Shown here piece after piece: positions 12,893 to 26,699 of a stretch of 64,000 bases of DNA (its first letter is position 1; each line of letters begins with the position of its first letter). A model generated the notes under the pieces. That model saw only the letters and a program-made list of their open reading frames with translations, did no database searches and was not told the origin of the DNA. A program made the position numbers and the translations under genes. The stretch covers positions 178,374,001-178,438,000 of the forward strand of contig OX597816.1 of NCBI GenBank assembly GCA_951406725.2. Reading direction: 5' to 3'. Origin of the DNA: Octopus vulgaris (lineage: Eukaryota).

Positions 12893-13959
12893 CTTCTCAG
12901 GCATTTTTTAATGATTTTTTTTTTTCAAATCTATCTGAAAAGTTATTATTTTTGACTGGATCTATGAATTTTGGTTTTGCTTTATTTAATACTGGAACAA
13001 CATATATTAATTAATCTCTGTGCTCCTAGTTAATATAACGAACTTATTGAAATGTATGTGTTCAGTTTTCGCCAAGTGTAAAATATTGAATCTCTTCAGC
13101 CAACCATAACTAATCTTTGAAGATAACTTATCAAACATAAAAGAGTACTCACATCTAGAACAACATATATATAACTGCTATGCTTTTGTTTGATCATACA
13201 GTACTTCTTTGAAAGTATATCAAATCTATGTTTATGTGTGGGTGTGCATGATTTTGTAATATTGTGTTAGAGGCAAGTTAATGCATAGTAGTTATTATTA
13301 TTATTATTTAAGATTTATTATAATTCTTTGTTGCACTGTTTGGGCCACCAAAGACAGTGTTTGTTACATATACTTGATTAGATGAGATGGAAAAGAATAG
13401 TTTTAGGATGGCTTTGAACTTGTGTAATCTTTTAATGCTTGCAGTTACTTGGACAGGTACTATTTAAACACACTACATTGCATACCTTCTAATTGAGAAT
13501 ACAAACAGTTTTGAACATTATTCTCCATAGAAATTCTGAACCTGACAGCCTCTCATAGAAATCTCCTATTCTCCATATAGTCAAGTCTACATTATAATGT
13601 GTAAGATACCTCTTCAGGACTAAAATGTACTTCAGCTATGTGGTTGTCTCATGACCTATTAAGAACCCTGAGGTTTGACTTAAGACTTTACCTTCAGAGT
13701 CCATTCTCTTTGAGCTAATTCTATGGAAGGACTCCTGAAACAGAGAGAACAAGGATGGAAATGATATAGTCTTGAGTTCAATTCATTACAGATCGTCTCA
13801 GATCAGTACATTAAATTCTAAAATGCCTCAGTACACCTAGTTAGGAGAAATAAGTACCGTATATAATTTGCATGTATTACTTCTGATTGACTAGCATCCC
13901 ATTTAGAGTGAGATTTAATTTAATCAAGAAAATAGATTGTACCTGTGATCTTCACAGGC

Positions 13960-15170
13960 CTTCAAGCCTGGTGGAATTGATATAGTTGATGTTCTTGAAG
14001 AACTGTAGTTAATGGCTGCAGGAAAAAAAAAAAACCGAAGGGAGGGAGTGTATTCCAGAGTGCTGACATTCTGGGGAGGAAAAAATTGGGTGTAGCAGTT
14101 AGTGCAGGTCTAGAAGCTGTAGTGGACATAAGAGGGAGATAAGTGAGTCTGAGTGGGTGTGACACAAGGTCAACCAGTTCTGAGGAGTATGAAATACAAC
14201 TGTATTAGTGAGAGAAAATGCAGAGTGAAGAGACAGTATATTTGTAAGATGGAATGTGGAGTGCGTTGCTCAATGTCTATGCTAACCAGTCAGGTAGCAC
14301 TTTTTGCTACCAGACAGATCTTTTTTATTGTTGTCGGAGACGTGTAGTGACAGCACTGTCCTAGGTGTAGGAGCAGTATTTCATTATGGACCATGAAAAA
14401 TATCAGTGATAGTGACGATAGTCATTTTTAGCAATTTTGAAACTTTTAGTTGCATAGCAGGAAGGGTTTAATTTCTCTTTTTGTTATAGGCCAAGTGAAA
14501 CTGTAGTTGTGGCTGATGCTGGTGTCATGTAACAGGCACCCTTTGAACACTGGGCCTTACGGAAGTAATAAGTGACCAAGACCTTTGGTAATATGCCATG
14601 CTTGAGTAGAAGACCCATCAAGCCAAGTGAAATCATAGTTGTGGCTGATGCTGGTGTCACTTAACTGGCACTTGGGCTGGTGGTATGTAAAAAGCACCCA
14701 TTACACTCTTGGAGTGGTTGATGTTAGCATGGAAAGCAAATACTAAATGATGATGATGATGATGATGATGTAATCATTATGTCTTCGTCTGTAGACAGCA
14801 ACAAGATTGACATGAGAATGTTTGAGAATGTTTTTGACTGTTCCTGAAGTTGGTGCAAATTCGGATTTTAGGTTGCATGTGGATGATACTTTGTGTAGAA
14901 GTATAGGCTGTGGTGAAGGATATTATGATCTGCATAGGAGGTGATGTCAGATAGGATGTTGATGTATGGGAAGGAAAATGTGGGGGTCAAACTGAACCTT
15001 AGAGCTTATCAGAGTTGATAGAATATGGCTTAAAGAGAACTCCATCAGCAGTGGTTGGATCTAAGAAAAAGTTTTCACTCTGACTAACAGATGGATGGAT
15101 ATGCAAGCAGTTTTAACTGAGATTCACTTGTCAGTTATAATTGAATACTTTGCTGGTGTTGAATGTGATG
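13960..15170 (-). mobile_element. Degraded CR1/L2-group LINE RT fragment with an RTE 3'UTR nested at ~14490-14770
   Basis: NFFLPRMSALWNTLP C-terminal motif; eroded YADD-like SYADH near 14920-14940. Confidence 0.55.
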
Positions 15171-16220
15171 ACATTATTTACACTAAACTTCATCAGGTGA
15201 AAGTCCACTGATGTATACAACATAGGAGAGCAGATCTGCTGTAGGTATTTAACATTACAGAAACTTTATTGGTAGTCATTAAGGAAGGAGAGTGTTAAGA
15301 TGCTGGAGATTATGATTGTTAACGAGTGTCTCAATCACTGTTGAGATATTGAAGGTGACTGGCAGTGTCATGGGGACAGAAAAAGATATCAAAGGGTTTA
15401 ATTTGGATCAGCTAGTTTTGTGCACATTGTTTGAGTGTAGTAAAAGGACGATGGTCTTGTTGGTTTTTAAATGATTGGAATTAACTTTTGTTTCAAACAT
15501 GGCATATTTGTGTGAATGATAGTGAGCCTGGTGAAATGGAGAGGAATAGGTTTGCAGGATACTTTATTTAAGTATGCCCATGTTGTTGAATGCAAAGCTT
15601 TATATTCTGAAAGTAGAAATAATGTTGGTGCTCGGTTTATATGAGTTCATGTCTACATGTTAAGAAATGCTCTTCAGTTATTCATTAACTCTACTACTAT
15701 AAGCAGTGAGCTGCCTCTTTCCATACAAGCAATGTAAAAGTATCTTAAGAGCATGAAAGATCCAATATAGACCAGCTTCCTTATTTAAGATTTTTTTACA
15801 AGCCTTTCTCTCTTGTTCATCCTTCTAGGACCCTCTTTCTACTTTGTTTTTCTTCCAACTACTAGTCTACAAAAATGTCAAAATCAATACCAATTGCACT
15901 TATCTTACCTAATGATACTGATATTCTAGTTTAAAAGTATAGTTCTCTTCTTCATAATATTGCAGCCATTATAAATTGTGTTGTTTGTAATTTTTAGTAA
16001 TTTTTGATTTTAAATAACTTGATTTATTTTTGTGTGTTATGTGGGTTTGGGCTGCTTTTTTTCTTTTTTTATGTGTCTGTGTGTCTGTGATCATGTACAC
16101 ACAATATTGTATTGTAAGGTTTGTAATGTGGTTGTGGTTTGGGACTAAAATGTTGCCCTGGTCAGATTGGTCTGTAACTTAGATGTTTTTATTGTTTAGT
16201 CCTAGACCTATGCTCTAAAG

Positions 16221-16364
16221 CAAGGGTCTCCAAAGTGGTTGATATTGACCCTTGTGTTTATTATTATTATTTATTTATTTATCTTCTTGTATATGCCTAA
16301 GGGTCAATGAGGGGTCAAGAATTCCATGATGGGGGTCGATGGTCTAAAAAGTTTGGGGACCCTG
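16221..16364. mobile_element. hAT-type MITE
   Basis: 8-bp TSD ctctaaag; termini caagggtctccaaa / tttggggaccctg. Confidence 0.85.
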
Positions 16365-17225
16365 CTCTAAAGCATTCCATCTTGTCCTAACCGGTATTTC
16401 CTATCTGGTTTGAGATGATAAAGTGTGATTTTAAGGCATATTTGGTTACTATTTCTAACAAGTCGAATGATCAAGTAAAAGCTCTTTTTTGGTAAGGCAT
16501 TGAGAGCAGCGGTAGCCCTGGGCTTAGTCTATAATATAACAGGATGAGTAACAGCTACAGTGATGTAGTTGATATAGATCATACAGAAAAATGACTGCTG
16601 TTTTGATGTTACACACTGAAAAATGTTTGCATTTATGCTATAACCTTGAATTCTGAAAATGTTGAGCAAATGGTAATGATAGATAATTTATTTATTATTG
16701 AATGATGAATTGTTTGCTTTTGAAGCACACTAAAGTAATGAAACCTTAAAACTAAAGTAATTAGAGGCTAATAATTTTACATGAATGTATGTCAATTTAT
16801 GTGAGAAATTTGAACAACATATCTGTTCAATTTTAATAAATTCTGGCAGGTTCTGTAGATATCTGATCACTTGTTTGTCATCATCAGAGAACATTTTTCT
16901 TTAGTGGGAATATGAGTTCATAATACATGTGATTCACCAGAATAAGGAAACTTTGAGACAGCATGGTGCTTTGATTTCGGGTCACTGCAAATCAAAGCCA
17001 CCCTGCTAGTTTGAGGAATCTTGACAAGTGCTCAGCAATCAGATATTCGTGTTCAAATCTGCCAGAATGTATTAAGAATGGATATGTTATTGTTTGGGTT
17101 ATCGCTGTTCTGCTTGCACCCCATGAATTATTATCTGTTTGGCAAACATCAGCAAATAATTTCTTTGTTCATTCCTATAAACAAGAGTTTGTGCTGTTAT
17201 TAGAGTCATCAGTCCAGTGGGTTAG

Positions 17226-17276
17226 TTTTGACTGAGGAAACACCTAACAAGGTGGAAACACTATGGTGTTTCAAAA
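17226..17276 (+). ncRNA. Minimal type-I hammerhead ribozyme motif
   Basis: ttttga CTGAGGA aa cacc-taacaa-ggtg GAAA cac-tatg-gtg TT tcaaaa; all three stems pair. Confidence 0.65.
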
Positions 17277-17389
17277 GTACTGGTGACCCATGTTTGATAT
17301 GAAACACATTGTCCGTATTGTTTAAAAATAACAACAGATATTAATGTTTTGAATCTGCCAGAATATATTAAAAATGAGTTGATCCATTG

Positions 17390-17618
17390 TTAACCCTTTC
17401 GTTACCAACCCGGCTGAAACCGACTCTGGCTCTGTAGTACAAATGTCTTGTTTTCATAAGTTTTGAATTAAAATCTTCCTCCAAACCTTAGTCACAATTT
17501 ATGTTCCTAACACTTGTTTAATGATAACTAAGTTATTTTACTAAATTCTTTGTTATATTTAAAATAATTGAAAGAAACACAGAGCATCTCAAAATTAATA
17601 CGGTAATGAAAGGGTTAA
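17390..17618 (+). mobile_element. TTAA MITE family 1
   Basis: TIRs plus TTAA TSD. Confidence 0.9.
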
Positions 17619-18392
17619 ATAAAGATATTCTACCATATACCAAATCATTAAGGTGGTGGCTTGCCTGCTGAAAGTACTTAGGTAGAGGGTCAGTATCCTG
17701 TCAGCCCTTTTTTTTTTGTTGATGCTTAACCTCAGCCTTTTCTGTGTAAATAGTAAATATTGGGCCAGAGAATATATTTCGTTGTTGTAAATAGTTTGTA
17801 GGGTCACTGTGCAACTGATGAGCATTTTGTTAGCTTGCTGCTACTGGAGAGGATATTAGGATCAGTAGTAATGATGGCTCATTCCAGAGTTACAGAAACA
17901 CTTAATCTTCTTTTGAGAAAATTGGTTACAACATTTAACTGTTACCAAATATGTAGTTCTTTATGCATTGCTCAGAAGTATAAAAGAGAAGTGAAATTGA
18001 GCAATATTTGAAGCTAACATAGCATTGTTGAAAGTTTGTAATTATTTTCAGCTAGAAATAACTCATACTGATTATATCTTTGAGGTTATTTTGACTCCTT
18101 ATCATATGAATATGGTAGCTGCCTTGAAGTGATCAAAAATTTTTCCAAGTTGAAATCAAATTGGACATTATGTTTTATTATATACAGAAAAAAACTTGTT
18201 GGCATGGGCATTTTTTTAACATAATTAATCATTTAGCTGTTTCAAATAACTGAATCACAGACCCTTAATCATATCATCATCATCATCATCATGTTTACAT
18301 ACTGATTCTATTTAATTAATTTCTTACCATTTGATTTTTGAAACTTTCATTACATTGAAATTTCTGCTTACTTTATTTTTATTAATTTGTAG

Positions 18393-18492
18393 ATTATTCC
18401 TTGGATGAATTACAATTCAGAAGAGTAATGAAGAAGGATTTAAAACAATTTAATTAGTTTTATTTACCAAAATTAAAGAAAATTGGGGCAAA
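18393..18492 (+). other. TAF6L: Predicted 5'UTR part of the TAF6L start-codon exon
   Basis: Pyrimidine tract and ttgtag acceptor at 18392, contiguous with ATG 18493. Confidence 0.55.
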
Positions 18493-18504
18493 ATGTCATC
18501 GAAG
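18493..18504 (+). CDS. TAF6L: TAF6L coding exon 1 (MSSK), predicted start
   Basis: aaaATG TCA TCG AAG|gtaagt. The strong phase-0 donor matches the next exon, which needs an upstream ATG. Confidence 0.7.
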
Positions 18505-18542
18505 GTAAGTTTAACATTTTTTTCTTGTTACTTCTGCGGATT

Positions 18543-19533
18543 TCATCATCATCATCATTGATTAACGTTTGTTTTCCATGCTGGCATGGGCTGGACAGTT
18601 TGACTGAGGTCTTTAGAGCCAGCAGCTGCACCAGGTTCCAATCTAATCTGGCAGAGTTTCTACAGCTGGATGCCCTTCCTAACGCCAACCACTCTGAGAG
18701 TGTAGTGGGTGCTTTTTACATGCCACCGGCATGGGAGCCAGTCAGGTGGACCTGGCATCAACCACATTCAGATGGTGCTTTTTACGTGCCGTAGGCATCG
18801 GAGCCAGTCAAGGGGCACTGGCCCCAGCTATGATGTTGGTTTTACTTGACTCAACAGGTTTTCTCAAGCATATCATATCACCCGACACATCAGGAGTATT
18901 CTTAACAGGGCTGGACATGTATGGCTGTGATCTCACTTTAGTTGCTGGGTGATCTCAATCACAGCATACCTCCAAAGGTCTCGGTCTCCTGTCATTGCCT
19001 TTGTGAGGCCCAGTGTTTGAAGGTCATGCTTGACCACCTCATCCCATGTCTTCCTGGGTCTACCTTTTCCACAGGTTTCTTCTACAGTTAGGGAGTGGCA
19101 CTTCCTCACACAGCTGTCTTCATTCGTACGTAACACATGGCCATACCATCGCAGTTGCCTCTCTTGCATACATTTGATGCTTCTTATGCCTATCTTTTCC
19201 CTCAGGGCACTTACACTGTTGTGTATGCACACTGACATTACACATCCAGTGGATCATACTAGCTTCATTTCTTTCAAGCCTATGCATGTCTTCAGCATTC
19301 ATGACTCATGTTTCACTGCCATGTAGCATGGCAGTTCACACACATGCATCATACAGTCTACCTTTCATCCTGAGCGAGAGGCCCTTAGTTGCCAGCAGAG
19401 GTAGGAGCTCCCTGAACTTTGCCCAGGCTATTCTTACTCTAGTCGCTTCACTCTCAGAGCAACTGCCCCCACTACAGACTTGGTTGCCTTGGTAGCAGAA
19501 GCTATTAACTACTTCTAGTTTCTTCCCCTGGCA
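18543..19533 (-). mobile_element. RTE-clade LINE 3' fragment
   Basis: LRWYGHVLR and GKGRPRKTWDEVV motifs; (cat)n tail. Confidence 0.9.
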
Positions 19534-20794
19534 GATGTTCTCTGTACATCTTCCTAATGTATAAAGGTTTATGTTTGATGTGGTGGATGAGTTTCAAAAC
19601 TGTGTGAAGTTGTAGTAATGTTTCTTGTGTTGGAATTTCTGGTAATGTCAGTTTCTTTATTCTTACAAATTGACTCTATAAGAGGTGAATTTCGTTGGTC
19701 TGTCAAGTTGGGGCTGGAAAGCCAAGGACAGGGGTCCATGACTATCAGTTGGGCTCATCCCTAAAAAACAAAAACCTCATAGCCATCTTGAGTTTTAAGA
19801 GGACAACCCCTTCCTAGGTCCCAAAAGTCTTTTAAAGTGTGGTTCCACCATGACAAACTTCTTTCAGAGGCACGGCCCACACATTCAAGTCAATGAGAGT
19901 GTGCCTATGTGGTCAATCAACCAATTAGAAATAGAGCCAAATATCTCACAAATCACACTCATTTGAAATGAGTAAAGGACACATTTGATAATGTAATCTT
20001 AGACATACTCTTCCAAACATTTTCCCAAGTTGGAATATCTGTAATTAAAAATTGTGTTCCTAAAAAAATAGGATGATTATAGTGGGAACACATTTGATCA
20101 AAGGTTTATTCAACTTCCACAGATTAAAGATTTTGCTTAATCCTTTTCTAGAACTGGATCCCTTTCAGTTAATATATTACTGGTGCGTCAAGTGTTTTGT
20201 TTGAATGCTGCACTGAACTACAGAATATTTCAATAGGTTTTAGCCAATATTGTATGTATCAAAGAGATATAAACACTTCATCTTTATAATACAATGCTTT
20301 CATGATCAGAAATTGAGAGATCAATTTTCAATTCTAATTTGAGCTTTCATCAGAGACAGAGTGTCCTCTTTAACTATCTATAGGGACTTTGGTTATAAAC
20401 CTACTACTACTACTACTACTACTACTACTGCTACTGCTGCTACTTGAGTAAATTGGATAAACTGATATACATACTGCAACACATCCTTAGCAGCTAATTC
20501 AACGAATTCATTGTCAAGGATCTGCTGTAATACACAAATCTGTCTGATTTGCTTGAGCACTTGGTAATATTATCTGTGTCGATAGTCCAAGAAGGTGCTC
20601 AGTTGCTGATAGTCCAAGAAGGTGCTCAGTCTGGTCTGATGCTGGTTTATTATTTTCTATTCACAAGGATATTGTATATGAAGTCTAGGTATTTACATTT
20701 ATTATATACAGTGTTGACCAAAACTATAGATAAACTCTTCAGTACTTAATAGCATCAAAGCAAACACTGCTAATGCATCAGAAATTTAATAACA

Positions 20795-21195
20795 TAGGCG
20801 CAGGAGTGGCTGTGTGGTAAGTAGCTTGCTTGCGAACCACATGGTTCCGGGTTCAGTCCTACTGCATGGCAGCTTGGGCAAGTGTCTTCTACTATAGCCT
20901 CGGGCCGACCAAAGCCTTGTGAGTGGATTTGGTAGACGGAAACTGAAAGAAGCCTGTCGTATATATGTATATATATATATATGTGTGTGTGTGTGTTTGT
21001 GTGTCTGTGTTTGTCCCCCTAGCATTGCTTGACAAATGATGCTGGTGTGTTTATGTCCCCGTCACTTAGCGGTTCGGCAAAAAGAGACCGATAGAATGAG
21101 TACTGGGCTTACAAAAGAATAAGTCCGATTTGCTCGCTTAAAGACGGTGCTCCAGCATGGCCGCAGTCAGATGACTGAAACAAGTAAAAGAGTAA
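20795..21195 (+). mobile_element. SINE family A
   Basis: Near-identical to 5219-5659. Confidence 0.92.
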
Positions 21196-21419
21196 CACGT
21201 ACACACATATATAATAAGTTTCTAATCATAACAAGGTTTATATAAAACATTTTGTAAGGAATGTACTGTACACAATTTTGTGTTTATGAAGTGTGTAGGG
21301 AATAGTATTATATATGTGACCTGATGGAAAAAAATTTGGTAAGTTTGTTTCTTATTCAAGTTAAATTGGTTCTATTATATAAAACAGCTGAAAATGGCTA
21401 ACTCAGTTATGTGCTGCTT

Positions 21420-21760
21420 TTTACTCTTTCACTTCGACCCCGGGACTTATTCTTTTGTAAGCCCAGTACTTATTCTATCGGTCTCTTTTGCCGAACCGCT
21501 AAGTAACGGGGACATAAACACACCAGCATCGGTTGTCAAGCAATGCTAGGAGGACAAACACACACACGCATATATATATATATATACATATATACGATGG
21601 GTTTCTTTCAGTTTCCGTCTTCCAAATCCACTCACAAGGCTTTGGTCGGCCCGAGGCTATAGTAGAAGACATGTGCCCAAGGTGCCATGCAGTGGGACTG
21701 AACCCGGAACCATGTGGTTGGTAAACAAGCTACCTACCACACAGCCACTTCTGCGCCTAT
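21420..21760 (-). mobile_element. SINE family A
   Basis: Reverse-complement copy with a 3' internal deletion. Confidence 0.92.
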
Positions 21761-21989
21761 TGCTATTGGTAATGTTTTGCTAGTTTAGAGTAAAATCGGA
21801 CAGCTACTTGATCTGTTGGGTACAAAGTGAAACTGGAAGATTTTTTGTGTGAGTTTTAGCCAATATAGCTGCCAGAGCATACAACCAGTGAAAATCTGGA
21901 AAATGCTGCTTGTTAGAATGACAGAATTCTTACACAATTACTGGAAAAGAAATTGGTATGTGCCATATACAAGTGTTTACAGTGAAGGT

Positions 21990-22211
21990 TTAACCCTCTA
22001 GCATTCAGATTACTCTGTTAAATAATGCTTATTTATTCACATTGTTTTGAATGAATCATGCCTTATCTTGTAGCTTCAAGATTTCAATGATGTGATTGTT
22101 TTTAGAATAATATTGTAGAATAGGTGTGAAAGGCTGGATCTGGCCAGTTTGAACATAAAATGGGTAGAATATTTGAGCTAGATGTGACCAGTTTGAATGC
22201 TAAAGGTGTAA
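21990..22211 (+). mobile_element. TTAA MITE family 2
   Basis: ttaaccctctagcattcagattactctg...; homologous to 43388-43616. Confidence 0.8.
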
Positions 22212-23776
22212 AACATTATAGCCAGATTAAATGTAGTTTTAGCCTGTTTACCTGCTTTTGTTTACCTGCTTTCCTTAACAGAGAAATGAATATTTTTGTT
22301 GCCCTCTTTTCTTAGAATCAATAATTCATATAAACTATATTTTGTGTCAGAATTTGAGGTTCTGTTAATCTTTGTTGTTTCATTTATTTAGAAAGATGAA
22401 AACTTTAGCTGTTTAAAATCTTTCCCTTTGTTTTACCAAGTAAAATGTCCTGACATCAATTCCTTAGAGGTTGCTGTAAAAATAAGACCATTGTTCTTTT
22501 TATTGATCCTGAATTTTGTTGTTTGCTCACCAAAAATATAAATAGATAACAAAAATAAAGACTTGTATTCAATGTTACATATTTGTTGAAATTGGCAAGC
22601 TGGATAAAAATTAGATTACAGGTTTGTTAATATCTGGCACAAATTGTTATTTTAAATCCTTTCATCACTGAAATTTAGGTCCTTGGATTCTTTTATATCA
22701 TATTCCTGGAAAAATTAACTCTGTTAATCCTATCCATGCCTTCCATAACAGCAGTTGAAGCAGTTTCTTCTGCCAGAATATAAAGAAACGGTGCAAGTGG
22801 TGCCAAGTGGTGGTTGTTCAGTTTTTGGTGAACTTTTATCCAGCAAACCTATGATCAAAGGTGGTCTAGTCATAACCATCCTTACTATTTCTAGCAGTTT
22901 GGTTCTCAATCTTTTTGATTTTGTGGCTCTCAAAAAATTACTTGCACAGAAATTTAAAAGGAAACCACCACCATCATTTGGATTTTAAAATTCAAATCTT
23001 AGAGAAAAATATTGAAAAAAATTGTTAGATTTGTTTTGTTAGTAATACTTGTATATAACAAAATTGTAATTACCATATTTTTGAAGGCCCTCAGATTTTC
23101 CTAAAAATCTGTTGTACATTTAGGTAGTCTTTTGGTTACTGTTGAGAAACACTCTCATAGACCATCATAACATAGTGATTGATTGTTGATGGTATGACAA
23201 TCATGAATGAAAGCTTTAGTGATGGTCACAATAGATACATGCAAGGTACACTTGTTCAATGCTTGATAGAGTTTTAATTTTAGCAAGAAATTCTCTCTTG
23301 GCCATTTGATGTTCTGTGTAGCAGCTAAATCTTCAATGTATCTATTATTGTCTTTCAAATAGAAACCACGTATTTTAGGGTTGATCAAAGTCTTTGAACA
23401 AAATGCCAAATGTAATGATTTTTCTTGGCCACAGCTATAATGCCAATCAAAAGAAAATGCTGTTCTTTTAAAATCTCGGATCAGTCCTGATTAGACCAAA
23501 CTATGATTAGAGACATTCCTATTGCAGCTGTTCTGTCTTTTTAGCAATATCTAGGACTACATTAACTAATGTGTTCTTTCTTTTTTCATGACTATGGAGT
23601 GATTTGAGAGTGATTCTAAAGAATTTGATATTGGTATTGGCTACTGCTTAAAAAGTCCCTTATTATTCAAATTTAACTTATATTTTTTTTTAGGAGACTC
23701 AGTAATAAAAATGAGTTTGTTATGTTTATTACAATACAAATATATGTATAAGACTTACAAAATTTATATTTTATAG

Positions 23777-23986
23777 GTTAAAGATCCTGACATTGATAGT
23801 CTCAAAGAGTCTATCAGTCATGGGAATGCAGAGGAAAAGAAGGTAATAAGTGAAAAGCGGTACATCATACTTTCTCGTGACTCCATTCGAATGATGGCTG
23901 AAGCAGAAGGTATTAGTAACTTAACTGATGATGGGGCTCTACTTCTAAGTGAGGATCTTGGCTATCGAATCAGGGAAACAATTCAG
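23777..23986 (+). CDS. TAF6L: TAF6L coding exon 2 (N-terminal part of the histone fold)
   Basis: VKDPDIDSLKESISHGNAEEKKVISEKRYIILSRDSIRMMAEAEGISNLTDDGALLLSEDLGYRIRETIQ; AG/GT boundaries; matches TAF6L RESVRLMAE...LLAEDVCYRLRE. Confidence 0.93.
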
Positions 23987-24606
23987 GTAAGAAATGAAAT
24001 TGCCATTTCCAACATTGACAAAGGTTAATAGTTGTAATAATCTGAGAAGCATTTAGCTGAATAAAGTAAACTTGTGTAGGTTCTCAAACTGGCTTTAGGC
24101 TGCAGCTCATGGCACTAAAAAATTTTGATCCTGGTGGTTGAGGACTGTGGACACTGAGGTATGAATTGTGTTCAACATCTCACATTGTCCCAGACTTTTG
24201 TGAAGAATATTTGTACTGGTCCTCATCTAAACAATGAGTTGGTTATGTCAAGGCTGAGCCAATAAAGGAAATTTTTGTTACGGCTGCAAGGCCAATTAGT
24301 CACTGAGCATGCTATTTTTATATCGTTGGAAATTCACATTCTTTGTGACATCACTTATTGGTGGTTGTTGTGTTGATTAGCCTCAGACCACCTCTGACTC
24401 AGGAGACCTATGATCAAAGGCATTCCAGCCAGGACTACCATGTCTTTTTACTTCCAGACACAGAGTATCTAGAAGTATATTATCCAACATCCTTTTTTTT
24501 TTTCAAGACTATGGGGTAGTGTTTCTCAAACTTTTTTAATTATTATTTTTCTGTTAACAATATTTTTTCAGTATGCCCCCCCCACACCCAACCATATTTT
24601 AATGTA

Positions 24607-24925
24607 AAGAGTAAAGACTCCCTTCGGTCATGAATGACCATAGGATTGCACCTAAAAAGTTCCCCTCCAAGACACAAGTCTGAACAAGGTTGTTTATGGA
24701 AGACCAGTTCTCACCTATGCATACCAGCCTCCCTTCTCCATGCCACTGATGTTGCCCAAAGGAAAGGCAAAGGCTGATAAAACTTGGCACCAGTGATGTC
24801 GCAGCTCATTTCTGCAGCTGAGTGGACTGGAGCAATATAGAATAAAATGTCTTGCTCAAGAACACAACACACAGCCCAGTCTGGGAATCGAATGTACTAC
24901 CAAATGATTGTGAGTTCAACATTCT
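24607..24925 (-). mobile_element. tRNA-derived SINE family D, degraded
   Basis: gggaatcgaa B-box complement and tgtcttgctcaagaacacaac segment. Confidence 0.65.
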
Positions 24926-25289
24926 ATGCTTGCAATATCAGACTAAAGTAATTTAATTTTGGGTATGTGTTTGATGCAGGTGACTACTTACCATGGTACC
25001 ACCCTATTATAAGTGAATATTTGATGCATTACTGCTTGACCGTAGTTATTGACCCAACCTTTATCCATGTGACTTCCACCAAACTTAGATGCACACTTTT
25101 TGTGTTTGTATAATCTCCCATACCTACCAGTTAAAATTTATCTCTGTATTCTGCTTTATTGCTGTATTTTCTATATGTTCACACACACATTGATTTCTCT
25201 GCCCATGTGCTGGTTTACACACCTGTTTATACACATGAGTAGGTTATGAGATTATCAGGTGACTCTTATAGCTTGAATCAAAAGCATTC

Positions 25290-25920
25290 GATCATCATCA
25301 TCTTCATCACACATTTCTTTTCCATTGTTGGCATGGGTTGGATGGTTTGAAAGGAGCTGGTAAGACTAGGAGCTGCACCAGAACACCAACCACTTTACAG
25401 TGTGTGCAGGGTGCGGTTTATGTGGCACCTTCATCAGAGCTTCTTAGGTTGCACTTGCACCAGTGCTTTTTATGTGGAACCAGCACTGATAGGGTCACCA
25501 AGAACCTTGCAAGACAAAAAGACCCCCCCTTGAGTCTGGAGTGTAGTAGTGAGTGGGTACGGCTTTGTGCCAGTTGAGAGATTTAATGTATAGAAAGCAC
25601 AGATATAGTTGTCTTGCTGTAGAGTAGATACATGGATCCGCCAGTTGGAAAATAAAGGAGAGTTGGAGAGTAAGATAAAGAGAGTGATAACGATTGCAGT
25701 GACGGTGGAAATGTGTGTGGACATGCTTTCGAGGAACAGTGGAGGTGGTAATATAGGGGCTTGGGCTGGGTGAGTAGGAGAGGCTTGGGGACAAGGGCTG
25801 TGATAGATACGTGAGAGCATTGAGGGCAATAGCAGGAAGCAAGGTGATGATGATGATGGAGAGCAGCACAAGTAGAAAAGAGGGGATTGGTGGAGACAGG
25901 AGGTGGGAGAAGAAAAGTAA
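25290..25920 (-). mobile_element. RTE LINE 3'UTR relic
   Basis: (cat)n tail; homologous to the 3'UTR at 30650-31426. Confidence 0.65.
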
Positions 25921-26699
25921 CTGCTGCTGCTGATATCTATAATTAAATTCCATAATTGATATATATTCAGTTTTATTTAATTACTTATTCACTTTAAAAA
26001 GTCTATTTTTGTTGTTGATGTCAGTATTATTGTCATTGCTATTATGATTGTGGCAGTTTGTCATAATATTACATTTAAAATGTATTTTAAAGTTAATATT
26101 TTAACTGAAGATTAAGACCAAACAAAAGACCCCTGTACGGACGCATCTGTTGGCCGCCCCTCTTCCTGCCCACCGCCATCAATTGACTTTCCAGTATTGA
26201 TATCAAATTTTCCACTTCATTGTCATAGGATTGTTTTTGATCTGTCATCATCATCATCATCATCATCATCATCTGTCTGTTTTCCATACTGGCATGGCTT
26301 GGATGGTTCAACCCATGGCAAACCAAATAGCTGTGTGTAATGTCTAGGTTGGTTGTTTCCATACAGCATCAATATAATTTTTTTTCTGAAGGGTTAAATG
26401 TCCATTTCATATTTTCTTCAAACTTGGCCTTTATATTGCATCTCCAGTCGTGCAAAATTTCAAATTTCTAGTCCTGCTTCTTGAGAAATGACTCCTTTGA
26501 ATTTTGACATTTTTAGTTTAATTTTAACTCTACACAGAAAATAGCTATAAATACCACTAACCCCAACCATGCCAGCATGGAAGGCAGGCATTAAATGATG
26601 AGGAAGACTTTGCATATTTGTTGTAGGCATGCAATAAGTCCATAGAAACAATAAGCAAAATCTAAGCAAGTGTCAAGAATCTTGCATGTCGTCTGGAAT

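Noticed and set aside
13040-13110. Minus-strand CTGAAGA...CGAAA hammerhead-like core
   Set aside because: No stem I or stem III pairing found.
20280-20365. Minus-strand CTGATGA...GAAA
   Set aside because: Stems cannot be closed convincingly.
22730-23460. Coding-looking short ORFs (nested gene or transposase relic)
   Set aside because: No recognisable domain or consistent splice sites; needs BLASTx.
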